Shown: one piece after another, positions 41,768 through 52,100 of the stretch
How positions within the stretch are numbered: the stretch's first letter is position 1
How the letters are laid out: each line of letters begins with the position of its first letter
Source: an uncultured Candidatus Binatia bacterium
Lineage (GTDB): Bacteria > Desulfobacterota > Binatia > UBA9968 > CAXXLF01
Direction of reading: 5' to 3'
DNA length: 64,000 nucleotides
NCBI GenBank assembly: GCA_965218425.1
Contig: OZ244621.1
Location: forward strand, 2,208,001-2,272,000
Notes under the pieces: model-generated
Seen by the model: only the letters and a program-made list of their open reading frames with translations
The model's database searches: none
Told to the model about the DNA's origin: nothing
Made by a program: the position numbers and the translations under genes

Positions 41768-42055
41768 ATGAATTTACGTGCAGGGGCAATAGCGACTCTG
41801 TGTGTGACATTGGCCGCATGTGGCGATGGGAATGTGAATGTTCCGATGGCGACGGAAACCCAACTCGATTACGTGAACGCCGCCCACGAGTCCCTGCGCA
41901 CCGCCAAGCTCTACGGTCGGCAGCAGGACGAGATATCGCTCGATAAGGTGGAACGCATCCTGATCCGACCGACCGGCTCTGGTCCGGCGGGCCGCCGTAT
42001 CCGATCAGGCAGGGCTAAGGCAAGCTTCTTGGATCGAAGCCGTGGGGCCGCATGA
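41768..42055 (+). pseudogene. Lipoprotein N-terminal fragment ending in a repeat copy
   Basis: RBS, lipobox LAAC; the reading frame runs into the 42019-42065 repeat and stops. Confidence 0.5.
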
Positions 42056-42239
42056 TGAGCTTATTTTTCTAACTCTCACTCCCTTGCTCTCGTTTTACGG
42101 TCAATAGCGCATATAGCACGAACACCACCGAAAGAAGCAGTATAACCAGTTTTCCGCCATAGCGATCCCAAAATGGCGTCCTCACCTCCACATAACTTAT
42201 CTGACATCCGGCCTTCTGTGGCCGATGACGGCATCTGGT

Positions 42240-42659
42240 CTATTGTATGATAGGTTTAATATATTCGGCTCTAAAAGACAGCGTCTTTAGGATATTTGTG
42301 CCATCTTTCAATACGAACTCAAACTCTCCAGGACCGGGGAGTTTGAGGTTCTCCAGCACAAGGTCTAAATCGCTTGTGAGGAGCTTAGAGGCTGGGTTCG
42401 AGGGTTCTTTGCCTGTGGCTTGTATCTCGACATTGCCCTGCAATCGGAGGAGCTGTTTACCTTCCGCACTTTTCAACTCGACCGCTACCGAGGATTTCTC
42501 AAACTTCTCGAACTCAAGGCGAGCAAATAGATGGAATCGAGGTACCGGCTTGGTAAAATCGGTAATCCCAAAGGTCGTGAAGATGCCTATGAGACTGTGT
42601 TTGTTATTAATCTCCCGGCGAACGTCGTCACATAAAACTGCCAGCGGGGCCTTAATCAT
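42240..42659 (-). CDS. DUF6941-like beta-sandwich protein
   Basis: LCDDVRREINNKHSLIGIF, LPGPGEFEF. Confidence 0.75.
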   Translation of the reverse strand: MIKAPLAVLCDDVRREINNKHSLIGIFTTFGITDFTKPVPRFHLFARLEFEKFEKSSVAVELKSAEGKQLLRLQGNVEIQATGKEPSNPASKLLTSDLDLVLENLKLPGPGEFEFVLKDGTNILKTLSFRAEYIKPIIQ

Positions 42660-42662
42660 GAT

Positions 42663-43013
42663 TTAGAACTTGAGTTCGAGGATATTGCCCTTCGAAGCAT
42701 CAACCTGTATAGAGGCACGTTTGCCTGCCCCGCCTCCAACGTCTTTCGGGGACGCGATAATGGGCTCTTCATTCCACCTGCTATGGTCGGTAATGACAAC
42801 GGAACCGAGTTGGCCCGCCGGCGGTATTTTACTTTCACCGACAGCTTCGATCCATGCGTCGAGCGCCTCATCCAGTTCTTGTATTGCCTCGGGAATGGTT
42901 AGCCCTAGACCGGAGAGTCCAGGAATCTCTATAAATGTCGCCACGTACTCCCGATCCTTTACGGACCACTTGACGTAACGCGCATACTGTGGTCGCTTTA
43001 TGGTTGCCATCAC
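42663..43013 (-). CDS. hicB: HicB-family antitoxin with a non-canonical C-terminal tail
   Basis: WSVKDREYVATFIEIPGLSGLGLTIPEAIQEL..W..IPP; no recognisable RHH/HTH afterwards. Confidence 0.8.
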   Translation of the reverse strand: MMATIKRPQYARYVKWSVKDREYVATFIEIPGLSGLGLTIPEAIQELDEALDAWIEAVGESKIPPAGQLGSVVITDHSRWNEEPIIASPKDVGGGAGKRASIQVDASKGNILELKF

Positions 43014-43022
43014 GATTCCTCC

Positions 43023-43298
43023 TTACAGCTTGGAGAGGATACCCATTGCTTCCGCCATACGCAACATCTGTTGTACCTGGTATGCCTTGGCTTTGCCATC
43101 CCGACCTTTTTGTAGATTCAGGGGTTGAGGGTACAGATCACGAATAAGTGTCCCCTTGGGATGCTGAAATACTATGTGGCTACCTTTGCCGCCTCGGCGT
43201 GTCCATTCCAACTGTTCCGCGAGCTTGCACGCATCTTCATATCGCATTCCCGCAGGGTTTGACCGAGCCAACTCCAGCAATTTTTGGTCGACTGCCAC
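43023..43298 (-). CDS. hicA: HicA-family toxin
   Basis: GKGSHIVFQHP, LNLQKGRDGKAKAYQVQQ; start taken at GTG 43298. Confidence 0.82.
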   Translation of the reverse strand: MAVDQKLLELARSNPAGMRYEDACKLAEQLEWTRRGGKGSHIVFQHPKGTLIRDLYPQPLNLQKGRDGKAKAYQVQQMLRMAEAMGILSKL

Positions 43299-43691
43299 AA
43301 AGTCTAGACAAATTAGTATGGCTGTATAACATGCGTCAAGGGAAGACGCTGGGACTGGGGAAGAAGCCTTTCCGACACCACTGCTTACCCTTCCGTCATG
43401 CGGACCACGGTCAAACAACCGTTCACCGATTCGATCCGTGAGCGGTCTAAGAGGAGTATGGCCTCGTTGGGGATGGTGTATTTTCTACCCCCTCAATCTT
43501 CTTGTAGGCCTCTTTTTTCGATGGATCACACATGGAAACCCTCGTTTCCCTTTCCTCCATTGGCCCAATGAGGTCCCTGTGCCGTAGCCGCTTTCTGCCT
43601 ACGTCATGCCCATATGTTGCATCTGCTTTATAGTATCGGCCGGCCGGTCATTGTGCCGTCCTGAAAACTCCCCAACATACCGCCCGAACGG

Positions 43692-43934
43692 TCACTTCAA
43701 GACGGCGCGCCGCATGAACCTGACCGAGTACCCGTGCCCCGGGCCTTTCACGGCCTCCGCATCCATAGGCTCAATGTCCTCGAAGCGCCCGGGCTTGAGG
43801 CCGCCGTAGTCGTCGCGCCGGGTGAACAGCATCACCTTTTCGTACCCCTTCTCCAACGCGCCGTCCCGGCATTCCTCGTATCCAAGTATCGCGAACGCGG
43901 CCAAAAAACCGTTCATGGTCATTGGGGGTTCCAT
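43692..43934 (-). pseudogene. Deleted paralog of the DUF7689-like gene at 31322
   Basis: FLAAF..LGYEECRDGALE..EKV and VRFMRRA shared with 31322..31777; THAARQL/WTSKL segment and N-terminus missing. Confidence 0.75.
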
Positions 43935-44046
43935 AGTTGCCTTCCGGAACGGGGTCCTCGCCTGTTACGCATCAATAGCGGCAAACCATTGCAACTTGGA
44001 TCGAAATCGCGCCGCCGTATGATGAGATCATTTACTGAAATACGAT

Positions 44047-44081
44047 AAAAAAAGGGGCCGGCCTCGATAGGAGCCGGCCCC
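44047..44081 (-). terminator. Intrinsic terminator downstream of slam
   Basis: Minus strand ggggccggc-tcctatcgag-gccggcccc followed by T7. Confidence 0.85.
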
Positions 44082-44247
44082 CGGAGCACGATAGGATTTG
44101 AACATTTGCAGATATTTTACATCAAGCATCCAGCCCGGTCAAGAAAAAAGCGCGGGCTTATTTCATCATCCCCCCACTTTCTAATCGTCCGGGCATTGTA
44201 CCACAACCGGGCCGTCCATCAAGCTTCTTGGATCGCAGTGCCGTCCG

Positions 44248-45630
44248 CTAGAACTGGCGCACGAAGCGTAGTTCGAGGTTGGTGCGCTTGTAGTCGTAGA
44301 GTTGGGCGTTGGTGTCCCGCGCCTCGTTGGTCACCACCAGTTGCGGGCTGAAGCCGTAGGCGGTGAAGGCGCGGTTGTAGACCGAGGCGCGGAGAATGCG
44401 GGTCCTGTCCTCGCGCGACTCGCCGCCCGGCGTGAAAGGGGCCCAGCGGCCCTCGTAGTTCGTCCAGCGGAACTCGCCGCTGCCGCCCACGGTGAAGCCG
44501 AACGGCAGAGCCACCGTGGCGCCCAGCCGCCCCCAGCCGGTGATGTTCCGCCAGGTCATTCTCTCCGTGCGCTCTTTTGCATATCCGGCCGCCGCCTCGG
44601 CCCTGACGATGGGCGTTATCACCCATGCGCCGCTGAGCGACAGATCGAGCACCGAGCCGTCGAGGTAATTCTTTGTCCGGTAGTCGCGGCGGTGCCAGGA
44701 GGCCCGCCCTGTCAACGTTATCCGCCGGGTGAGCCGGCGCCTGGCTTCCAGGCGGGTGCCCAGGTCCAGGTAGTAGGGCTCGCCGCCGCGCCAGCGTTGG
44801 CGGACGTTCCCGAGCAGGCTGAGCTCGGTGTTGCGGTCCGCCAGCCAGCGCGGGCCGATATGTCCCGAAAGGAACGTCTGATCGAACCTTCCCCCCGAGT
44901 GCTCCTGCCGCGACACGTTGCCGCCCAGGCGTAGCCGGAGCCGCTCTCCCAGCGGGTGCTGGTACTCGCCCCCCCCCCACACGGAGAAGCCCACTCCCGA
45001 CTTCGCCAGGTCTTCCGCGTCGCGGATGAACTCGAACCCGCCTATGTTGATGGTGTCATCGTCCGAGACGGCGCCGATGTTGGTGCTCGGAGACACCGCT
45101 CCGCCGACGTGCACCGACCAGCGCTTGCGCGCCCGCATCGTTCTCAGGAAACGATTGACGTTGGCGACCACGGCCAGTGGCGGCTTCCCCGCCAGCACCC
45201 GCTCGAAGTGCCTGCGTGCCAGGCCGTCATCCCTCTTTAGGAAGAACACCCGCGCCAATTCGAGTCGCACCCGCACCAGGCCGGGCCGGCCGATCAATAT
45301 CGTGCGCAGCGCCCCGATGGCCTCGTCCAGGAGCGCCTTGCGGTCCTGGACGGCGATGCCCGGCCGCCGCGACGCCTGGGCCGCCGCCAGGCCCCGGAGG
45401 AAGAGGACGTCGGTCCGTTTCGGGTGGGCCTCGGCCAGGGGGCGGAGGACGTCCAGGGCCTCGTCGAACTTGCCGCTGTTTACCAGCTCCTTGGCCTCTT
45501 TCACGCCGGGGACGGCGGATGGCCGACCCGAAGCTTCTTCGGCGGCCTCGGCTGCCGCTATCGCAAATGGGGCGGACAGGAGAAACAGAGCCAGCGCCAG
45601 CGCATTGCAAAGGGGTTTGATCGTCGTCAT
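44248..45630 (-). CDS. slam: Surface lipoprotein assembly modulator (Slam/DUF560; type XI secretion OM translocon)
   Basis: Signal peptide, TPR region (RVRLELARVFF, ARRHFERVL, VVANVNRFL), PSTNI, amphipathic beta strands, LYDYKR..C-terminal F; directly downstream of a TbpB-barrel lipoprotein. Confidence 0.85.
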   Translation of the reverse strand: MTTIKPLCNALALALFLLSAPFAIAAAEAAEEASGRPSAVPGVKEAKELVNSGKFDEALDVLRPLAEAHPKRTDVLFLRGLAAAQASRRPGIAVQDRKALLDEAIGALRTILIGRPGLVRVRLELARVFFLKRDDGLARRHFERVLAGKPPLAVVANVNRFLRTMRARKRWSVHVGGAVSPSTNIGAVSDDDTINIGGFEFIRDAEDLAKSGVGFSVWGGGEYQHPLGERLRLRLGGNVSRQEHSGGRFDQTFLSGHIGPRWLADRNTELSLLGNVRQRWRGGEPYYLDLGTRLEARRRLTRRITLTGRASWHRRDYRTKNYLDGSVLDLSLSGAWVITPIVRAEAAAGYAKERTERMTWRNITGWGRLGATVALPFGFTVGGSGEFRWTNYEGRWAPFTPGGESREDRTRILRASVYNRAFTAYGFSPQLVVTNEARDTNAQLYDYKRTNLELRFVRQF

Positions 45631-45683
45631 CGTCTATCTTATCTTCCTTATCTTCCGGCGTGGAACGTCAGCGGGAAAAGGTT

Positions 45684-45722
45684 AAAAAAAGAGAGCAGCC
45701 CGATGGGACCGCCCTCTTTTTG
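45684..45722 (-). terminator. Intrinsic terminator between the lipoprotein gene and slam
   Basis: Minus strand gagggcggtccc-atc-gggctgctctc followed by T7; A/T tracts on both sides. Confidence 0.8.
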
Positions 45723-45760
45723 AACGTTAGACCTCAAAGGTCATGATGCTCTCGGTCAGC

Positions 45761-48028
45761 TTATTGTTTCATCGCTCCGAACGCGCCCGCAACGTGCCCA
45801 TGGGAAGAATGGGCGTCGAACTCGCCGGCGACTGATCCTGGATGCTGATCATCACCTGTCGCGTCTGCGGCGGCATTGCCGAAGAATGCGCCGTTCCACG
45901 ACCCGGAGGTAACCGGGCTGCCGCCCACATTTCCCGCGCCCGACACCTCGCCGTCTTCGAAGGTAGTGGCTGTTAACTCGATCGTATTGAGCATTACCTT
46001 CCACGTACTGAGATCGTCGCCGTGCTCACCTTTGAAGCCATCAACCGTTCCGCTGATTCTATCATGCTGGCTGACAGCAATATCATCGCCGCCAAAGTTC
46101 GCCGTCAACTCGGCAGTCGCCGTGAACTCACCCTGGCGGATCGAGTCGAGGGAAGCGTTGGGGTTGAAAGTCTTCACCGCGTAGCGACCGGCCGCCGGGC
46201 CTTCATACGTCGCCGTGCCTTCTAGGGCAGTAACAGTACTACTGGTAAACGGCTCTGCGCCACCAAAGAATGTCTGGAAGGTTACGTCACCATCCTTGTC
46301 CACTATCGTCCAATATCCGAAACGCAGATAGTCCGTGTCCGGCACTGGAACGTTAGGCTCAGTCAGATCGTCTTTCCTAGTTGCTATCTGCTCATCGGTA
46401 TCACCAGCCTGAGACTCTCCATCTTCCCCAAGGTAGGCGGGGGTGAATGTCCATGCTCCCACTAAGGCAGCTGTGAACTCTCCTTTATCATCAGTTGTAG
46501 CCGTGCAAGTATCTCCTGTGCATGCATATTCGCCGTCCACACCGCCGAACGTGCCGTCGAACTTCCTCGGAGAAAAATCCTCGTCATCGGACTCGTAAGT
46601 GACCGTTGTAGTCGCCCCGCTAGTAGCAGCAATAAAATAATCTGCACTCACATGCTCGTTTAATTCATCAAAATTGCTTTCATTCAGTTCCAGCACGCCG
46701 TTAGTCACAGTGTCAATACCAGCATTGTCAGTGGGGTTATGGACATTACTAAACTTATCCATCGTGTCCTCGATGTTCGTATAGACGGTAGCGGTCTTCT
46801 TGCTGTCATCCTCATTCGCAACATCGGCTTTGTACCATCCACCGCCAACGTCGGAAGCGGAGCCTTTGGCTTCATCCATATCGGCTGTTGTATCGACCGT
46901 AACGGCGTCCCCCGTGCGTTTCGCCGTGGCAGTAATAGAGGTTATCGGGGCGGCCGCTCTCTCGCCTACACCCTTTATCGCCGCTGCATAGGGCATGGCG
47001 GACTCCGTTGTCGTGGCTTGAGCTAGTTCATCTCGCGCGGCACGGACCGCATCTCCGGCGGCATCGACGGCATTTTGCGCATAAGCCATTTGGGCGACAG
47101 TCCCGCCCGCAGCCGATGTCTGAAGGGCTACGGCTGCTGTTTGGGCCGCTTCGGCCTTTGCTACTAAATCTGTGGCATCATCCACGTTCGCATCTTCTTT
47201 TCCGTATGCGATTATGGCGGCGAGAGACGCCGTTTGGGCGGTATCGTAGCCGCTTTTGGCCACTGTATAGGCCACTGTGGCGTTGGCGGTGGCCAACATG
47301 CCTTCAAGTTCCTTTATTCTGGCGTTGGCGGTGCCCAAATCGGCGGTGGCGGTAGCCAACATGCCATTGAGTTCCATCACCCTGGCGTTGGCGGTGCCCA
47401 AATCGGCGGTGGCGGTAGCCAACATGCCATTGAGTTCCATCACCCTGGCGTTGGCGGTGCCCAAATCGGCGGTGGCGGTGGCCAACATGCCATCAAGCTC
47501 CATCACCCTGGCGTTGGCAGTGGCCAACATGCCATCGAGTTCCATCACCCTGGCGTTAGCGGTGCCCAAATCGGCGGTGGCGGTGGCCAACATGCCATCA
47601 AGCTCCATCACCCTGGCGTTGGCAGTGGCCAACATGCCATCAAGCTCCATCACCCTGGCGTTGGCGGTGCCCAAATCGGCGGTGGCGGTGGCCAACATGC
47701 CATCAAGCTCCATCACCCTGGCGTTGGCGGTGCCCAAATCGGCGGTGGCGGTGGCCAACATGCCATCAAGCTCCATCACCCTGGCGTTGGCGGTGCCCAA
47801 ATCGGCGGTGGCGGTGGCCAACATGCCATCAAGCTCCATCACCCTGGCGTTGGCAGTGGCTAAATTTTCATTGGCGGTGGCCAGCTCGCCCGTGAGCCTG
47901 GTCACCTCGGCCAGGGCCTCGTCGCGTTCCATTTTGGCCCCGTTGTTATTGCTGCTGCACCCGTACGCCACCATGGAGAATACGGCGACCATGCAGACCG
48001 CCATTAATTTATGAGCTGATGTAGACAT
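45761..48028 (-). CDS. Surface lipoprotein with tandem coiled-coil repeats and a C-terminal TbpB-like beta-barrel
   Basis: Lipobox AYGC (Cys24); DYLRFGYW, GTATYEGPAAGRY, ISGTVDGF, GAFFG, VAGEF, GAFGA at the C-terminus. Confidence 0.85.
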   Translation of the reverse strand: MSTSAHKLMAVCMVAVFSMVAYGCSSNNNGAKMERDEALAEVTRLTGELATANENLATANARVMELDGMLATATADLGTANARVMELDGMLATATADLGTANARVMELDGMLATATADLGTANARVMELDGMLATANARVMELDGMLATATADLGTANARVMELDGMLATANARVMELDGMLATATADLGTANARVMELNGMLATATADLGTANARVMELNGMLATATADLGTANARIKELEGMLATANATVAYTVAKSGYDTAQTASLAAIIAYGKEDANVDDATDLVAKAEAAQTAAVALQTSAAGGTVAQMAYAQNAVDAAGDAVRAARDELAQATTTESAMPYAAAIKGVGERAAAPITSITATAKRTGDAVTVDTTADMDEAKGSASDVGGGWYKADVANEDDSKKTATVYTNIEDTMDKFSNVHNPTDNAGIDTVTNGVLELNESNFDELNEHVSADYFIAATSGATTTVTYESDDEDFSPRKFDGTFGGVDGEYACTGDTCTATTDDKGEFTAALVGAWTFTPAYLGEDGESQAGDTDEQIATRKDDLTEPNVPVPDTDYLRFGYWTIVDKDGDVTFQTFFGGAEPFTSSTVTALEGTATYEGPAAGRYAVKTFNPNASLDSIRQGEFTATAELTANFGGDDIAVSQHDRISGTVDGFKGEHGDDLSTWKVMLNTIELTATTFEDGEVSGAGNVGGSPVTSGSWNGAFFGNAAADATGDDQHPGSVAGEFDAHSSHGHVAGAFGAMKQ
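47288..47854 (-). repeat. Intragenic tandem array: 7 x 63-bp and 3 x 42-bp units
   Basis: ANARVMELDGMLAT(ATADLGT) x10, near-identical at DNA level. Confidence 0.95.
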
Positions 48029-48078
48029 ATATCTCTGATCTCCTTTTCTTTTTGAGTCTATATTATTTTAGCTCTTTT

Positions 48079-48594
48079 GGTTTCAGTCGTGGTAAAGGCA
48101 GGCAGCCTCCCCGTACGATTAACGCCGAATCTACAGCATTATCCCCGGGGTAGTCAAGCCTAAAATTAAAAAAAATTGTTTGCAATGAAAAATGCATCCG
48201 ACGGTCTATCTCTTGCGCTTCCTGAAACCTTGTTCTTTATGGGTCTATGTTTTGGCCGATGGTTTCAGTCGTGGTAAAGGCAGGCAGCCTCCCCGTGCGA
48301 TTAACATCGATATCTATAAGATTATCCCTACGATAGTCAAGCCTAAAATAAAAAAAAATTGTTTGCAATGAAAACTGCATTCGACGGTCTATCTCTTGCG
48401 CCCGCTGGAACCTGTTCTTTATGGGTCTATGTTTTGGCCGATGGCTTCAGTCGTGGTAAAGGCGGGCAGCCTCCCCGTACGATTAACGCCGAATCTACAG
48501 GATTATCCTTACGATAGTCAAGCCTAAAATAAAAAAAATTATTTGCAATGGGAAAGGCGTCCGACGGTCTATCTCTTGCGCTCCCTGAAACCTT
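48079..48594. repeat. About 2.8 diverged tandem copies of a 182-bp unit upstream of the lipoprotein gene, each with a promoter-like motif on the minus strand
   Basis: ggYttcagtcgtggtaaagg at 48079, 48261, 48443; minus strand T-tract-TTGACT-N18-TAGATW in each copy. Confidence 0.9.
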
Positions 48595-48951
48595 ATAATA
48601 AGCCCCGCTGAAAAAGTCAAATTTTTTTTCCGATCGGAGGATCATGCGGTATTTCAAGCGGCCGGCGGTTTCGGATCGGGGGAAACGGGCGCGTCCGGGG
48701 AGTGCGGAATCTTTAAGGATGATTGGTTATATATAGGTAAGGATTTTTCAAGACGGCCGGTCCCCCCCTTGAAAACGACTAGTCGCGCAAGACCTGCCGC
48801 GCTTTCTACCTAATATATTGGCGGCTGAGGCGGCGGACGCTGGCCGACTTTATCTCCCTGGCGAGATCGGGATGGGCCGTCGATGATTTACTCAACTATT
48901 CAACTATAACGCGGGACGGATGGTCAAGCCATAGCCGGCGGGAGATGTCCT

Positions 48952-49166
48952 TTAGGTAAAAGGGCGGCGCTGATCAGAACGTTCGTGTCGAGAACGACAC
49001 GAACAGCTTTCATCGGCCGGAATCGCTTCGAGCTTGGCGTCCGTCAAGCTTTTCGCCGCCGCCTCCTTGCCCAAGGCGTCCATAGCCGCCGTCAGGCGCT
49101 CCCATGCGGCGCCGCGAAGCCTTTCATATTGTCGTATCGACATTATCACGCCGACCGCCCTGCCTT
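48952..49166 (-). pseudogene. Remnant Phd-type antitoxin C-terminus plus PIN toxin N-terminus
   Basis: GRAVGVIMSIRQYERLRGAAWERL... followed by MKAVRVVLDTNVLISAALLP. Confidence 0.7.
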
Positions 49167-52100
49167 TCAATTGCGTACAGCGCCGAAGACGCCCAGGAGG
49201 TTATCGCGATCGAACTTGCCGGCCGCACCCTGATGCTCGGTTCCGTAGAAGGCGCCTTCGATGGTAGCTTGTCCCACCTGCGGGTCCCGGAATGCGCCGT
49301 TCCGGATTCGTAACGCCCGCCATGACATATCGTTATGTCCCGCTTCAAAACCCGTGAAGTCGACGTCGACCGTAGCGTCATCGAAACTGACCTCAAGCCG
49401 CGCATTTCCACTCACCGGCGCATAACCTCCCGAAACCGTTTCAAAAGCACGCACTTTCCCGGACCAAACGGCTGTTCCGGATACCGGATTATGTCCCGAA
49501 GGAGTGCCATGAATGCTTCCATATGGTGTGTAATAAGTAGTTGTATTACCTGCTGTTGTGACATTCTGTTCAAGGAAAGCGCCAAATATATCGTCTCCGA
49601 ATTGTTTTCCCCAAATTCCCCACTGTTCATGTTCGTAAAACTCATACGTTCCGGAGTCATTAGTATAAGTTCCAGCAACTCTTGCAGTTCCGGTTTCCTC
49701 CAGCGTCACGGTGTCCGGCATGCGCCATGCGCCGAAGCTGCCGGTGACACTCGTTGCGTTATGATGGAACGCGCCTGCGGCTTCCTCGTGGGAGGGTCCG
49801 AAGAAGGCGCCGTCCATGCCACCGCCCCTGAATGTTCCGTCGGCTTGCAGCCCGATATCCTCGAAATCGAAGTCGTCCAACTCGCGTTTACCGCCCCTGC
49901 TCGCAACCTCCGAAAACGCCACGCCCACGCGATTGTCGGATAAGGAGAATTTTACAGTCGCGAGCCCTTGCACGAACGGATTTTCGCCCGCAGCTTGCCC
50001 GCTTTGATATCCCAGCATCGGGCCGGACCATCTTGCCAGGCCATCGGGAGGACCTCCCGACAAGGCTCCCTGGAAGCCGGCCCATCCATTATAGAAACCC
50101 GGGGGTGTGCCAATCGTGTCCATCCACTCATCCGTGTACTTCTCAAAACCGGTCCCGAACGCAACGTGCTCCAGCGTCCCCGTGTAGCTGTCAACTACAT
50201 GGCGTCCCTGAGCGCCGTCCGTAAATGCAGCCGACTGCCGCGCGATCCGAACGAAGTCATAGTCCGCGTCCAGCCTCTCTTTGCTTCGCCAGTCCCATCC
50301 GGCAGTCGAGGCAAGCACACGCTCACGGGTCGTCGTCGTCCAGTCGCTCCACCCGCCCGATGCATCATCACGCGTCTCGCAAGCAGACCCCGTTCCGCAC
50401 CGGTACTCGTACCATCCGTCGTCGGCCGGATCTGACGCGCCACGCTGGTAGGATGTTCCGGCCATATAGTCGGCGGAGGTGATCACGTCCTCGCGGCTTG
50501 GCCGGTCGTCGTGCGTGGTCCCGAAGCTTGCCAGAAGACCGGCTTGCGGGTCATGGAGCGTTCCGGCGACATCCTCATGCCGAGGTCCGTAGAAGTCCGC
50601 CAAAAGGGTCGAACTCGCCCCCGTTCCGACGATTGCGTTGTCCAACAGATCGAACGGGTAGTGCAGACTTCCGCCGGCGAAGATCTCGGGGATACCGTCT
50701 GAGTAGACTGCGAGCGACGTGAAGCTCGCCGTACCGTCCAGGGTGCCGAGGTCCACCGCCAGGTTGGCGTCTCCGGTCACCGGCGGCAGCCACGCGCGGT
50801 CGAGTGCAGCGCCGATGAGTCCGCCGGCATAGCGGACCGTGCCATGTAGACCGGCCGCCGGATAGGACAGACGGAGGTCTCCGGCACTGCGATACCCGAA
50901 CACGTCGACCCCTGCCCGCAGCAAGTCGGTGACGTCGAGCTTATGCCAGGGATTGGCCGCGCGGTCGTAGTGCGGTTGCGGGTCCGCCAGCTTCACTTGC
51001 AGGTCGCGGGATACGGAGACCGTGAACCCTGCGTAATCGGTCCAGCCCGCAAGCCCGTAGGTTTCAGGTCGGTCGCTCTCTTCCCTGATAGTTAGACCAA
51101 GATCCGCGAGGAATGCGAAGTCGATGGCATGCGGCAGGAAGCTGGGCAATGCGGCATTGGAAGCACAATAGGCCATGACCGAGGCGCAGACGCCGCTATG
51201 GACGAAATCGTACTGTGAAGCCAGTGGATCGCGCTCGCCCTCCGTCCAGACACGTGGATTAGCACTGTCCTGGAAAGGCGCGGGGCCGCCATGGACGGCA
51301 ACCACGTTCGGACCGGTCCAGGCGCCTGTCGCCGCATCGCTATAGTCAGCATAGAGCACTGTTATGGCGTCACCCCACCATGCGCCCAGCACATGACCCA
51401 TCTCATGCGTCAGCGTTCGAAATAACTGGGCCTCACCGGCCTCCTGAAGATGACCCGTGTCGATCACAATCGAGCCGAAACGGGGCTGCCATGAATCGCC
51501 GGAAGCCTGAACACCGCTTCCCCCCCGGCCGGCAAAGCCATCGGTAAAAGGCTCATATCTGACATCTATCTCGAGTCCGGTGCTGATCTCGCCTTCCGAC
51601 CCGACTCGAACCTCGGTCCTGGGGGCGGAAGGATCTCCTCTAGAGAGCCAACCCTTTAAATCGCCGGCGGGCCGCTCCCATGTAGTCCAGGTATCTGCAA
51701 TCCTGTGGCTCCATGCCTTGCCTACCCGTTCGAGCATGGCGCGGAACGCCGGGTCATCTTGCATCAATGTTCCGGCCCCTGAGAGGTTGAAGTCTATCGA
51801 TAGGGTGTCGGCCGGGCCACCCGTCCAGCGCCCGTAGGTGACGCTACGGTGGGAGCCAAGGATCCGAACTTCGTCGTCGTCGTGAAGATCCGGGGCCACC
51901 AACCCCTCGCCCTGCGTCTGCGCCGCTGCGCGAAGCGCCTTCAGATCGGCCCCATCAGCCCCTGGCGCTGGGTTCAAAAATCCTTCAGTGTTCCTCCGAA
52001 TGTGCCGGTGTCCCCAATGGTCGAGCAGGTCGGCGGCCTCCGGGTTGTTGCGCGGACGCTCGGCCAGACTGAGACCCCCGGCTTTAGTCCCCGTCACGAC

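Larger units (their letters stand above)
36762..44235 (+). repeat. Dispersed 30-68 bp repeat family: copies at 36762-36791, 39799-39866, 42019-42065, 43995-44055, partial 44220-44235; inverted interrupted copy 43396-43438
   Basis: Consensus gcttctYggatcgaaRccgtggggccgcatgatgagctcattcactgaaatRcgataaaaaaagg read directly from the copies. Confidence 0.85.

Noticed and set aside
36762..44235. Repeat family as integron attC sites or CRISPR
   Set aside because: No RYYYAAC/GTTRRRY ends or long attC hairpin, no intI in the window, kb-scale spacing, and cargo in both orientations.
47234..48014. Plus-strand repetitive ORFs (209 and 245 aa)
   Set aside because: Antisense shadows of the lipoprotein tandem repeat.
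48079..48594. Fur box or riboswitch in the 182-bp units
   Set aside because: Only a GATAAT half-site is present; I could not match a full 19-bp box or a known aptamer by eye.
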